From a virus, in the IMG/VR virus record IMGVR_UViG_3300011112_000003, positions 8,079-72,078 of that record: DNA of 64,000 nt; one strand, 5' to 3'. A program made the position numbers and the translations under genes. Below, piece after piece: positions 30,051-40,360 of this stretch. Numbering within the stretch: position 1 is the first letter of the stretch; each line of letters opens with the position of its first letter. The notes under the pieces were generated by a model. The model was not told where the DNA came from. It did not search any database and worked only from the letters and a program-made list of their open reading frames with translations.

Positions 30051-30917
30051 TCATACCGAGACGTCGCCCTTGATCGTCGGCCAGGCATCGTACCCCTCCA
30101 GCTCGATGTGCTCCCACTTGAAGCGGTCAATATCCCCCACGCCGCTGTCGAGCACCAGATGGGGCAGCGGCCGCGGCTCGCGCTCCAACTGCTCGCGCAC
30201 CTGCTCGCGGTGGTTGTTGTAGATATGCACGTTCCCGAACGACATGATCAGGTCGCCCACTTCGAGGCAGGTCACCTGCGCGAGCATGTGCGTGAGTAGC
30301 GCGTAGCTCGCCGTGTTGAACGGCACGCCCAAGAACATGTCGGCCGAACGCATGAGGAGCTGGCACGACAGCTTGCCTGCATCCACGTCGAACTGCACGA
30401 GTGTGTGGCACGGTGGGAGCGCCACATCGTCGGCCTCCAGCGGGTTCCAGCCCGTGAGGATAATGCGGCGGCTGTTGGGGTTCACGACCAGAGTCTTGAC
30501 GATGGCCGCAATCTGGTCGACGCCATCGTTTTCGTAGGTGTAGACGGTGCCCGACCCCGCGGGGGCCGTGCGCTTGGTCCCACCGAAGTTACGCCACTGG
30601 TGACCATAGACCGGGCCCAGCTCGCCAGGCGCCCGGCCGAACTCCGCACACTTCGCGGGCGTCGCCCACTCGGCCCAGATGTTCACGTTCTTATCCCGCA
30701 GCACATGCTCGTGGGTCGAGCCGGACAGCATCCACAGCAGCTCTTCCGCGATAAGCCGCAGGGGCAGCTTCTTCGTGGTGAGCAGCGGGAAGCCCTTCGC
30801 GAGGTCGAACCGCATGGACGCGCCGAACAGCGCAGTGGTCCCCGTGCCAGTCCGGTCGCCGCGGGGCGTGCCGTTGTCGAGGATGTTGCGGAGTAAGTCG
30901 AGGTATTGAACGGTCAT
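30051..30917 (-). CDS. thyA: Thymidylate synthase
   Basis: 'DRTGTGT', 'FPLLTTKK', 'GPVYGHQWR', 'ALPPCH', 'RSADMFLGVPFN', 'HIYNNH'. Confidence 0.97.
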   Translation of the reverse strand: MTVQYLDLLRNILDNGTPRGDRTGTGTTALFGASMRFDLAKGFPLLTTKKLPLRLIAEELLWMLSGSTHEHVLRDKNVNIWAEWATPAKCAEFGRAPGELGPVYGHQWRNFGGTKRTAPAGSGTVYTYENDGVDQIAAIVKTLVVNPNSRRIILTGWNPLEADDVALPPCHTLVQFDVDAGKLSCQLLMRSADMFLGVPFNTASYALLTHMLAQVTCLEVGDLIMSFGNVHIYNNHREQVREQLEREPRPLPHLVLDSGVGDIDRFKWEHIELEGYDAWPTIKGDVSV

Positions 30918-31547
30918 GGGTTCTCTCTGTCGGATAGGGGGAGCAACGCAGGGTGAACCGCAGGTACCGGCGCATTGCTGGCCACGCGGTCATCGTCGGG
31001 GTCTTTCCGGATCAGGCAGCCCTGCGGCGGAGAACCATCTGTATGCACGTCACCCATCCGATCGCCGAGTGTGAGCTTGGGATGGCCACAGAACCCCAGT
31101 TCCGGGCCGTGAGCTTTTCGCCCGACACCGCGTACGTAGGGGCAGCCGCCGCAACTGTGGATAGTCATGCTATGCCTCTATCGGATAAGAATGCCTGCGC
31201 GGTTGAAATCGCAGCATCAAGATCTCCGAGGTCCCCAGCCGCACGGGACCGGATGTCGGCCAGTAGTTCTGGAAGCTTGCGGGCTGCTAGCAACCGGAAC
31301 GACCACTGGGACTTCGTGAGGGCGGTGGGTTCCATGTCAGCAACCCGCATTTCCTGCCCTGGGGTGTGGGGCTTTCTCCTGATGTAGAGCCCCCATACGT
31401 GCTCGTGCCTCTCCCATGTCAGGTCAACGCCGTCCTCTAGCCGGACCACGCCCCGGGCGCCCAGGTTCAATGTGTACAGACGCGATGATGCAGCGATGAG
31501 TGCTTCGTCCAGGCGTTTGCGCGCAGCCTGTACGGCGCCCCTCGCGT

Positions 31548-32411
31548 TCACGACTCGTCGTTCCACACGATCAGCCCGAGCTTGTCATCATCGACTTCAT
31601 GGGCGCCTTCATGGCCATCAGGATGGGCGCACTGCAGGCCCGTGGCCGAGTCCTCCGCCTTGCACCGCATCTCCTTCGGCTGCGGCGGGTCGAACCCTCG
31701 CCCATTCTTCTCTTCCACGCGTTCGCACAGGGCGTCCTGCAGGTCGAACTCGTACAGGTTGGCGAGACGCAAAGACGCCGTCATGAGGTCTGCGGCCGCG
31801 TCTCGGATAGCCTCCCGCTGCCTGGTCGTAGGGGCGCCCGGCTCGATGGCGTTGGCGCCCGCCGGGTGGTCCATGGACTCGAACACGGCCGCGAGCTTCC
31901 CCACGGTCTTCATTGCGTGCAGCGTCGTGTGCGTCCCGAGGATGTGCGGGACCTTGCTCCCCTCCGCTACCATCACGCCATCGGAGTAGGGTACGGTCCA
32001 GGGTTGGTGCTTCTGTGCGTGGCGGATGGTCAGGTCGGGGCTGGGCAGGAACTCGCAGAGCTTCCCGAGGTCATGCTGCTGCTCAGCAAACCGCATGATG
32101 ACCTTCAGGTCGCGCACGCGATCGGGCGGCTTCAGGCGGTTGCCGTCCAGCTCCACCAGCACGTCACTTGCTGATATCCCCGCGGGGGTCATATGCGGCC
32201 CATCGTGGCCTTCCCGCAACAGACACCGACGGTCGCGGTGGCCCATCTCTTCGAAGCACACAGGGGCGCCTGCGTTGTGTTCCTCTGGCGTAACGTATCC
32301 TTCGGCGGGACGCCCCATGGGCACAACCTTCAGCCTCTCTATGAGACCGCTCAGGTCATCCCGATCGCCGTACCCCCACTCGGTCACTATCTCTTCTATG
32401 CGGTCGGTCAT
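31548..32411 (-). CDS. MazG-like helical domain flanked by two C-x5-HxGxH modules
   Basis: 'GKLAAVFESMDH...AADLMTASLRLANLYEFDLQDALCERVEEKN'; CLLREGHDGPH, CAHPDGHEGAH. Confidence 0.6.
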   Translation of the reverse strand: MTDRIEEIVTEWGYGDRDDLSGLIERLKVVPMGRPAEGYVTPEEHNAGAPVCFEEMGHRDRRCLLREGHDGPHMTPAGISASDVLVELDGNRLKPPDRVRDLKVIMRFAEQQHDLGKLCEFLPSPDLTIRHAQKHQPWTVPYSDGVMVAEGSKVPHILGTHTTLHAMKTVGKLAAVFESMDHPAGANAIEPGAPTTRQREAIRDAAADLMTASLRLANLYEFDLQDALCERVEEKNGRGFDPPQPKEMRCKAEDSATGLQCAHPDGHEGAHEVDDDKLGLIVWNDES

Positions 32412-32714
32412 TTGGATATCGCCTCCATGCAATCGCGGGCCTTCCCGTAGAACCCCTGAGCCCGCCACGCCTGTTTTATGATCTCCCGAACCGTGACCCG
32501 GCACTCAGTATCGTAGTCGCGCGCCATGTTCCGGCGGAAGCTCCGGTGGTACTCCGCCGCAGCGCGCTGCGCTTCCCGAGCAGCCTGCAAGCATCGACAC
32601 ACCAAAGCCGCCCGCTTGTCCTTGCAGTAACAGCACCCGCAGCGCTCCGGGACGACTCGCGTATAACAACTGCAACGGTCGAGGGGCAGTGCGCAGGATT
32701 CGCAGATCATACTA

Positions 32715-32996
32715 TCATGCCTTGTCGAGTAGTTTGACGATGTGCTTGATGAAGACGAGCCCGAACAGGCAGGTCGCTACGGCGAATCCGAACAGCGAGG
32801 CCAGCAGCTTGAGCATCGCCCATGGGTGCGTCACCGCAAGATAAGTGCAGCCGGCGAAGGTGCTCGCGAGGATGGCGCAGCACACCACCAGGCCCGTAAC
32901 TTCGACGATGGTTGCGCCCGCGCGCTTGGCAGCAAGCTGATTGGCATCACGCACTCGCGCTCGCTCCTCTCGTACTAGCTGTCCAGGGTCGGTCAC
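32715..32996 (-). CDS. Two-TM membrane protein
   Basis: Two hydrophobic helices. Confidence 0.55.
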   Translation of the reverse strand: MTDPGQLVREERARVRDANQLAAKRAGATIVEVTGLVVCCAILASTFAGCTYLAVTHPWAMLKLLASLFGFAVATCLFGLVFIKHIVKLLDKA

Positions 32997-33708
32997 GCGC
33001 TGGTGCTCCTCTCCTTATCGAACCGTGCGTGGATAGCTAGCGGCACAGCACTACGCTCCCACAGGAACACGTGGGTCGCGCCGATCACGAGCACGTCGCC
33101 CGGCAGCGGCGAATCGGCCCAGTCGATATCGACCATGATAAGGTGACCGTTCTCGAACACCATGCGGGTCGTCTGAGCCGTATGGCTCACCTCCGCGATG
33201 CGGGCCATGACGCAGTTGGGGTGTTTGGGGCGCTCGAACTCAGAGGCACCGGTTATCTTCGTGAACTCAGCCATGTTTCTTCTATCCAATCCTACCTAGG
33301 TACGAGGCAACGGCGTGGGCTCGGGCTTCTCGGTCGACTCCTGGGGCGCCTTCACTCCAGCCTGCGTACGCCACAGTTCCCCCGCCGTCTTCCAGGCGTG
33401 GTGCTCGGGGCTTTTCCTGTACGCCCGGCTTGCCTCCTGGAAGCACGTCGCCGACCGCTCCATCATTTCCGCATTGCTCATCGACATCGTCTATCTCCTG
33501 TATACGATAAATCCGATCGCCCCCCGGGCGCCTGCCCCACCGCCGCACAACAGCAGATTTGGACAGAGCCCCCGAGGGACTACCCAGTTGTGCCCCCGCT
33601 CGGAATGCACGGGGTGGGGCCAGCGGAGTTGCGGTGGGCGCGCAGCACGATCGAAACCGTCCTGCCGCTTGTGCCCGCTCTCCGAAGTATTTAGGTTGGG
33701 CCTTCCCG

Positions 33709-33981
33709 CTACCCAGCGTCACGATCGAACAGGTGGAAGATCAAGCCGCCACCCTGTAGCTGGAAGGTCCCGACATAGACCACAGATTCCAAACCGTCTG
33801 CCGCGTGTCCCGTTCCGCGGATAGCGAGGTGCCGCTTCTTTGGTGGCGCCGACGTATCGACCAAAGCCCACAGGCAAGGCTCCCCACGCTGCACCTGGAC
33901 GTCGAGCAGCCGTGCGCCCTCCGGCATTTCGACTACCAGTTCATCACCGATGGTCAGTTTGTATTTGTGGATAGATTTCAT
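33709..33981 (-). CDS. Conserved phage protein (DUF7352-like)
   Basis: 'IHKYKL...MPEGARLLDVQVQ....CLWALVD...GTGH...YVGTFQL..G.LIFHLF'. Confidence 0.75.
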   Translation of the reverse strand: MKSIHKYKLTIGDELVVEMPEGARLLDVQVQRGEPCLWALVDTSAPPKKRHLAIRGTGHAADGLESVVYVGTFQLQGGGLIFHLFDRDAG

Positions 33982-34000
33982 CAGGTCCCTTTCTGCGACG

Positions 34001-34519
34001 CTACTCTGCATCCAAGGCGCGCTGCAGGCTGTCGAGCGCCGCCTGCGTATCGGACTCGAAGTCACCGCACATGCGGAGCCCCGCACTGTCCTGCAGCGAC
34101 GCTTGGAAGCGGAGGGGCGCCATCCTGCGGTATAGCTCTAGCCGGCCGCCATGGGGTAGCCCTACGGTTTCGGTGCCCTCACCGGGGTTGTGAAAGACGA
34201 ACTGATACCTCTCGCCGTTCCACACGCCGTTGTAGGTGAGGAGGTCAGCGGGGGCCGCAGTGGTGCGCACGGGCAGGGACGCCCGCACCGCGCAGTCCTT
34301 GGCCTCCATGAGCTTGCGCAACGCTGCGCTGCGCTCGGCACAGCGCGAGATGTTCCGCACGAGACCCGTGGCGAGCGTACAGAAGTGAGCCGAGACGAGC
34401 TGCAGGTGATCGGGTAGGTGCTCGAACTGGAAGTATTGCAGGATCGGGTCGACGCTGATCTCTTCGTCAGTCGGAGCTATCGTCGAGTCCGGCCGAAGCG
34501 GGAAGCTGTCTATGCTCAT
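34001..34519 (-). CDS. Helical-hairpin protein ('HLP...LRKLMEAKDCAVRA') with C-terminal extension; candidate Acb2/Tad1-hairpin-type sponge
   Basis: 'ILQYFQFEHLPDHLQLVSAHF..LA...ERSAALRKLMEAKDCAVRA' is a conserved small phage family; function inferred. Confidence 0.6.
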   Translation of the reverse strand: MSIDSFPLRPDSTIAPTDEEISVDPILQYFQFEHLPDHLQLVSAHFCTLATGLVRNISRCAERSAALRKLMEAKDCAVRASLPVRTTAAPADLLTYNGVWNGERYQFVFHNPGEGTETVGLPHGGRLELYRRMAPLRFQASLQDSAGLRMCGDFESDTQAALDSLQRALDAE

Positions 34520-34624
34520 GATAGGCCTTTCAAAAATAGGAGGGCGCAGCGCCGAGTAGCGCTTCCCGGATGACGACGGGGGACTGTTCTACGCTGCGCC
34601 CTCACAGGAGTATATCGGATAAGT

Positions 34625-34888
34625 TCAGGTAGCTCGCTTGGCGAATGCCGTGGTCCTAGCTTCGAGGCCATGCGCGTACCCCTCGCGCCACTCCGCGCCC
34701 ATGGCTGCCATCACAGCTCCGGGCGTCGGCGCCCTGCATGCGCCCTGCGTCCAACCGGCGCGATACTCTACAGTCCCACACGTGTCGCCGCGCTCCACTA
34801 CCGCCCCAGCGAGGCGCATTTCCGCCTCGGAGAATCCAGTCCCTCCAAGATACGCCGCGTAGTTCAGTTTCACCTCTGTCGTCGCCAT
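34625..34888 (-). CDS. Hypothetical protein under paired GTACGTAC operators
   Basis: 87 aa, GGAGG RBS; EYRAGW/EWREGY repeats. Confidence 0.6.
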   Translation of the reverse strand: MATTEVKLNYAAYLGGTGFSEAEMRLAGAVVERGDTCGTVEYRAGWTQGACRAPTPGAVMAAMGAEWREGYAHGLEARTTAFAKRAT

Positions 34889-34914
34889 AGGCCATGCCTC
34901 CTGTCGTTCTTAGT

Positions 34915-34964
34915 GTACGTACACTCCCACGCCTCTGTACGTACAGTCAAGCCCTCTTTGGATA
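34915..34964 (-). promoter_or_regulatory. Paired GTACGTAC operator boxes with TTGAC and TATCCAAA upstream
   Basis: Boxes at 34915 and 34937 (22-bp spacing). Confidence 0.7.
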
Positions 34965-34970
34965 AAAGAT

Positions 34971-36860
34971 TCAGGCGTGGGCCGGGGCTCTATGCCCGCT
35001 GTAGCCGGGCTTGAACAGTAGGTGCTGCAGGAAGTCTAGGATCACGAGACGTCTACGCGAGGCGGCCTCGTACAGCACAACTTGGATATCTGTACTGGTC
35101 GATCGCAACCTGTGGCATTCCCGGCACTGCTTGGTGCCTTTGGGGCGAGCGTAGACGAAATGGTCCCCGGGGCACGGCTTGCCCCCGCGCGAGCTGAAGT
35201 AGTCACCGCTACACCCATTACGCTTGTGCCCTCCCTTGTGCAGTTGGTGCCTGCCGCAGTGGGACCTACCTGAGCCCCCGGCTACAACAGCGAGCAGGCA
35301 CGCACGCCTGTCTATGATATCCACCATCCTGTCGGCTGCCCGATCCTCCGCTGGCAGTAGCGCGCCCACCGACTCACGCGCCCATAGCCCGTTGATCCGC
35401 AGGGCTATCTGATGCGGCCTGTACTGCAACGTCTTCACGAGCGGTAGGTTGTCCGCAGCCCACCCGATCGGAGGCGCGGGCAGCAACTGCTCGATGGCGC
35501 TGCTGGGGTTATCCCCCCGAGCCTTCCCATCGAACTGCTCGAACACCTTGCTTCGGATAAGCCACAAGGGTGGGCCTGCCTCCAGAGGGGCTTTCTTGGG
35601 TGGCGGCTTCGGCTCTGGTCCAATCGCCACGAGGTCGCCTGGCGCGTCCACGAGCGGGGCATCCGGGACAGTCGGCCTGGGGAACTCGTGACCGCACTCG
35701 CACACGTGCAATCCCCTCGGGACAATCGCACAGCATTCGGGACATTCCTTGGTAAGCGCATCGCCTTTCTTGCTGACCTTGCTCTCCAGTGAGAACTCGC
35801 GGTCATCCTGCGGCAGCCCGTGCTTCATGGCGTTCCCCGCATGGTCTAGGATGAGTGCGCCCACGCCTTCCCACGGACGCAAGATACGCCCGCCCTGCTG
35901 CAGGTAGAGGCCCATCGACTTGGTGGGCCTCGCAAGGATGGCGACCTTCACCGCAGGCATATCCCAGCCCTCGCAAAGTACGGAACAATTAGATAAGACT
36001 GTAGTCTCCCCGCTGGCGAGCCGCCGCAGGATCGCGGCACGCTCTGCGGTGGGCGTCATGGCGTCGAGGTGCTCCGCGCGGATGCCTGCAACAATGAACG
36101 CATCCACGATTGCTTTCGAGTGCGCGACGTTCACCGCGAACGCCACAGTCCGACGCCCTTCCGCGTGCTTCTCCCAGTGTGCCACGATGCCGCCCACAAG
36201 ACCGCCCGTGTTCACCGCGGCGGCCAACTCTGCTTCGTCGTAGTCGCCTCCGCGCACTCGGATGCCGGAGAGGTCGGGCAGGGAGCCGCTGGGGGCCGAG
36301 AAGACTCGGGGCTCCACGAGGTAGCCATCTTCGATCAACGCCCGCGGGGTCGTGACGACCACCATCTCCTGGAACACGTCGCCCAGCCCCTGGCCATTGG
36401 CGCGGTACGGTGTGGCGGTCATGCCTAGCAGTGCTGCGCTTGCGTAGTGCTCAGCAGCTTTGCGGTAGGTCTTCGCGGTAGCTCGGTGACACTCGTCGAT
36501 GAACACGAGGTCAGCGGCAGGCTTCAGTTCCCTGCGGCTCCAGGTGGATATGCTGGCAATCTGCACGGGGGCCGTGGGGTTCGTGCGCGGGTCCTTGCCC
36601 ATCATCACCCCCAGCCTCGCCGAGGGCACGCCCGCGTCCAGTAGCTTCTCGTAGGTCTGCCCGATCAACTCACGTCGATGCGCGAAGAACACCACGCGCT
36701 TGCCGAGCCTGTGTGCCGCCTCAATGATGTGCGCCGCGATAACCGTCTTGCCGCCGCCCGTCGGGGCCACGAGAAGCACCCGGCGCACTGTGGGGGTGAA
36801 TGCCGACCGCGCCCGATCTACCGCTTCGAGCTGGTATGGCCGTAGCTCTACGCTGTTCAT
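34971..36860 (-). CDS. SF2 DEAH-box helicase (Ssl2/YejH-like) with Zn ribbon
   Basis: 'LRPYQ', 'APTGGGKT', 'IDECH', 'GMTATP', 'LCEGWD', 'QQGGRILR', CPEC..CECG. Confidence 0.93.
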   Translation of the reverse strand: MNSVELRPYQLEAVDRARSAFTPTVRRVLLVAPTGGGKTVIAAHIIEAAHRLGKRVVFFAHRRELIGQTYEKLLDAGVPSARLGVMMGKDPRTNPTAPVQIASISTWSRRELKPAADLVFIDECHRATAKTYRKAAEHYASAALLGMTATPYRANGQGLGDVFQEMVVVTTPRALIEDGYLVEPRVFSAPSGSLPDLSGIRVRGGDYDEAELAAAVNTGGLVGGIVAHWEKHAEGRRTVAFAVNVAHSKAIVDAFIVAGIRAEHLDAMTPTAERAAILRRLASGETTVLSNCSVLCEGWDMPAVKVAILARPTKSMGLYLQQGGRILRPWEGVGALILDHAGNAMKHGLPQDDREFSLESKVSKKGDALTKECPECCAIVPRGLHVCECGHEFPRPTVPDAPLVDAPGDLVAIGPEPKPPPKKAPLEAGPPLWLIRSKVFEQFDGKARGDNPSSAIEQLLPAPPIGWAADNLPLVKTLQYRPHQIALRINGLWARESVGALLPAEDRAADRMVDIIDRRACLLAVVAGGSGRSHCGRHQLHKGGHKRNGCSGDYFSSRGGKPCPGDHFVYARPKGTKQCRECHRLRSTSTDIQVVLYEAASRRRLVILDFLQHLLFKPGYSGHRAPAHA

Positions 36861-38746
36861 GTGCTCCTACTAGTAGCGGATAAGACTCAAGCGCCCCACA
36901 CCGGGCCCCCGTACAGCTTGTGCTCTCGCGTCGTCGCCCCGCAGTCCTGGCATGTGGTGATCTGCGCCACCCCTCCCGACACTTCCGGATCGAGTAGCGT
37001 CTTCCGCCAGCAAGCCATCCTCGGGTGCTCGCAGGGCCGTCCCGCACGCCGCCGGATGCGCATGTGCCTCGCGTACCCCCGGGCGTCCAGGCCCCGCGTG
37101 CTAGCGATCACTTCCGCCTCGCATACTCCCGCCAGCGCTGGCCCAGGCGCACGCCCGGCGTCCTACGCGGTGGGTGCAGCGGCGCTCGGACCTCAGGCGG
37201 GAAGCGGTAGGGATCGCGGGCGCACGACGTCAGGTCCAGGCGCAGCTGTTGGATGCCCACGCGCAGGTCTTCGCGGTCGATCAGGGTTTCTGCGTATGCG
37301 TGGTCGACGCCCGTGACGAGGATAAGCACATCCTTCCCCGTGAAGGTGCAGCGGTAGTTCGTGATCATCCCTCCGCCATTATCCGCGCAATCGCCTCTAT
37401 CTGCTTATCAGTCGCTTCCCGACACACGTCCGCCGCTACCCGAGTACGCAGCTCAGTGGGCGACTCGAACTCCAGTGTGACCTTCCACTCGCGCACCTGC
37501 ATGGCCAGCTGCGCAAGGCTGCGCGGTAGGATAAGCATACCGTCACCACACCAGTCCGATCCGCAGGGGGGCTCGAAGGCCGTGGGGCCGAACGCACCCT
37601 TCACGCGCACGCCCCGTCTACCGTCGCGTGGCATCAACTCGTATCCGTGGGAACGGGGAAAGAACTTCAGGTCTATCTTCATATCACCCGCCACATGATC
37701 AGCGCCATTAGGTAGCCCGCCAGCCAGCACAGCATGAACGCCAGCGCTATCACCTTCGAGCCGATGCGCTCGTGCAGATCCGCTATCTCTTTGTTGCGCA
37801 GCTCCACCGCGGCCTCAAGTGCCACGATCGCCTGGTCGGGGTCGCGAGTGATCCGCGAGTAGCCGAGGATGTCGGTGTTCGTGCGCAGTGCGAGTAGGCC
37901 ACGGTGGCTCGGGTCGCGGCACACCAGGATATCGGTCATTCCCCGTCCACCCAGTCGATGACAGCCGCTGCCAGACACAGGCACAGGAACATGATTCCGA
38001 GTACGAGTGCCGTGATCATTTCTGGGGTGATCATTCGCTCACCCAGCGCAGGCCACACCAGATGCGCTTGCACTCATCGCACTGCGCCGCAACGGGTACG
38101 CCATGACGCTGCTCCAGCGGGCTCGGCTCCATCTTCGCACCACACAGCGTAGGGCCGTTGCGGCCGCGGTGCCAGGCGTACACGGGCTTGTCTTTCATCG
38201 GATCGCCGTCGCCCAGCTTGTTCGATACCCAGTAGTCCATGTCCGCTTGGGCTTCCGCGAGCTTGTTGATATCGACCCACAGGGCGTTCGGGAACCCGTA
38301 GTGGCCGCTCGGGATAATGCGGCCGCCTGCGCGAGCGAGCATGAGCTTGGCCAGCTCGGATAGCCCCGCGTCGAGCTTCTTCTCGCTCATGCGTATCCCC
38401 TCCGCGCCAGCGTGATGCATGTCGCCGCGAGTAGCGCCAGTTGGATATACTCTTGGATCGTCATCGCTTGCCTACTCCTGCTGTAGCGGATAACCGTGCT
38501 CTGAATGAGCCGTAGATCCGGATCGCCCGTTCGAGCCCATCCCAAGGCGCCTGTGAGTCCCCCTGGCGATACGGCGGGATATCCAGCACCGCATGCGCCG
38601 CCATCCGCACGCGGTGCTCTGCGCCGGGGGTACGAAGCACGCGGTACGAGGCGTCCTGCAGGCCCTCCCCCCGCTGTCTGCCCAAGCACTTGCTGGCCCG
38701 GTCGTAAAGCCGCTGCCCCTCCAGTACTAACATCGCCTATCCCTTC

Positions 38747-38926
38747 TCATCGCCTACCCTCCACGACGTCCTTCGCCCACTGCCGCATATCGTCGAGCCA
38801 CCGCTGCGCCTCAGGCGACACGACGCGCACAACCGGCGCCGGGTCTCCGCGCATCACGCGCATGAGCTTCGCATAGTCTGTATTGGATAGGCCTGTAGTC
38901 CCCACGATGTGCAGGCGCCCTGCCAT
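38747..38926 (-). CDS. Leader-family protein (dispersed member)
   Basis: MAGRLHIVGTTGLSNTDYAKLMRVMRGDP. Confidence 0.65.
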   Translation of the reverse strand: MAGRLHIVGTTGLSNTDYAKLMRVMRGDPAPVVRVVSPEAQRWLDDMRQWAKDVVEGRR

Positions 38927-38928
38927 TA

Positions 38929-39153
38929 CTACGCGCTGCCTGTGTGGACGGCGTTGATGACTGTGCCCTCCACAGGCGCCAAGGACTCGCCATCGGAGAG
39001 GGACCCGCCAGTACCATCGGGCCGCTTGTACGTCACGGTCAGTTGCTGGCCAGGTTTGCGGGCCAGGGCACACACGGTGGAGTAGGGCAACGGTACGTCG
39101 TCGAGCACGTAGTTCATCCCGTTGATTGCCATCTCTACTGTCGGTTTTGCCAT
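38929..39153 (-). CDS. Ubiquitin-like (multiubiquitin-domain) protein
   Basis: 'VEMAINGMNYVL...LPYSTVCALA....LTVTYKR...GGSLSDGESLAPVEGTVINAVHTGSA' fits the bacterial multi-ubiquitin beta-grasp pattern. Confidence 0.7.
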   Translation of the reverse strand: MAKPTVEMAINGMNYVLDDVPLPYSTVCALARKPGQQLTVTYKRPDGTGGSLSDGESLAPVEGTVINAVHTGSA

Positions 39154-39439
39154 TAGCTCGTTGTCTTTCTTGTTGCCTGTGATGTGCAGCCGCGTCACTG
39201 CACCAACCTGATACGGTCCGTCTTCGGGATAGCCACTGACTCAGGGACCACACCGGTACCCATGAGCGCTTGCGCATCCTCGTCGAACCACAACCCAGTC
39301 AGCGTGCCGATGCGCTCGCCTGCGTCGTTGCGGATGCCCTCGTCGATGACTCCCTTGGCGGCCGACTCGCGTAGCGTATCCGCCGGCCACTCGTCGGAGA
39401 CTGTGATCAGGATCATCGTGACTTTCTTGTCTGTCATCG

Positions 39440-39889
39440 CTAGTCCGCCGTTATCCGCGTCAGCTCTATCGGCGGGAAGGACCAGGACTCTCCCTCATCG
39501 TCCACAACGTCTATGTACGGGTATTCGTCCAGCGCCACTTGGTCAACGGCCACAATGAACTCTCGGTTGCCGGAGGTCTTTACGCGCTCGCCCTTTTTGA
39601 GTAAGGCGCAGGATATCCGCGTGTAGCCGTCCTCGAACGCCTTCGCGGGCGAGTAGGCTGTGTAGCCATCCGCATCCTCGTAGACCACGTAGTAGCCGCC
39701 AACCTCGACCAGCGAATGCGCGGCAAGCCACTTCGCGCTTACCTGAACAGTGATCTCCGACAGCTCCCCCTCCAGTTCCAGAACCACAGCATCGTCGCAA
39801 GGGCTCTGCTGCATGCCTATGATCTTCGCCGCCTTGACCTCCTTGTGGCAGCGGTACTTGGATAGTGCTGTTGTCCTTATGTCGCTCAT
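39440..39889 (-). CDS. Paralog of 20480..20935 with a C-terminal SH3-like extension
   Basis: 'KYRCHKEVKAAKI...GGYYVVYEDADGYTAYSPAKAFEDGYTRI'. Confidence 0.65.
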   Translation of the reverse strand: MSDIRTTALSKYRCHKEVKAAKIIGMQQSPCDDAVVLELEGELSEITVQVSAKWLAAHSLVEVGGYYVVYEDADGYTAYSPAKAFEDGYTRISCALLKKGERVKTSGNREFIVAVDQVALDEYPYIDVVDDEGESWSFPPIELTRITAD

Positions 39890-39895
39890 TCTTTG

Positions 39896-40360
39896 TTATC
39901 CTCGCAGACTGATTAGATACTCGACGGTCTGGCCCTCGTCCACGATCATCTTCAGGAGCGTGCGCACCATCGCGATGCTGATCGTTCCGTCCTTGACCCG
40001 GTCGAGCGCCACGCCCATCTGCTCCTGTAGGAAGTCCACGGTGACCGCGTGCGTACGGCATGCAGGGTTCTTCAGTTCGGCCTCGACCTGCGCGGCCGCC
40101 CCGGGGTGCAGGGCCATCAACTCCGGGATGGAGCAGTGCATGCCTGTGTGGTCCTTCGGTCGCTTGCAGGTGGCGCCGTCCTTGCGCTCGTTGCATAGCG
40201 TCACAACCTCCAACTCGGCCGCACTGAACTCGGTCGCATCGAACTCCACACCACCAATCGTCACGGTGGACTCGGGTTCCATCGGCGGCGGGCACAGCGG
40301 GCAATGGCTGCCTGGCATCCCGTGATAGTCGTGCGTACACCCCTGCCCAAGTAGCGCCAT
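39896..40360 (-). CDS. Protein with a C-x5-HxGxH module
   Basis: CKRPKDHTGMH. Confidence 0.55.
   Translation of the reverse strand: MALLGQGCTHDYHGMPGSHCPLCPPPMEPESTVTIGGVEFDATEFSAAELEVVTLCNERKDGATCKRPKDHTGMHCSIPELMALHPGAAAQVEAELKNPACRTHAVTVDFLQEQMGVALDRVKDGTISIAMVRTLLKMIVDEGQTVEYLISLRG

Noticed and set aside
33296-33487. MSMSNAEMMERS as a leader-family member
   Set aside because: Lacks the [FY]A, MR and RG positions.
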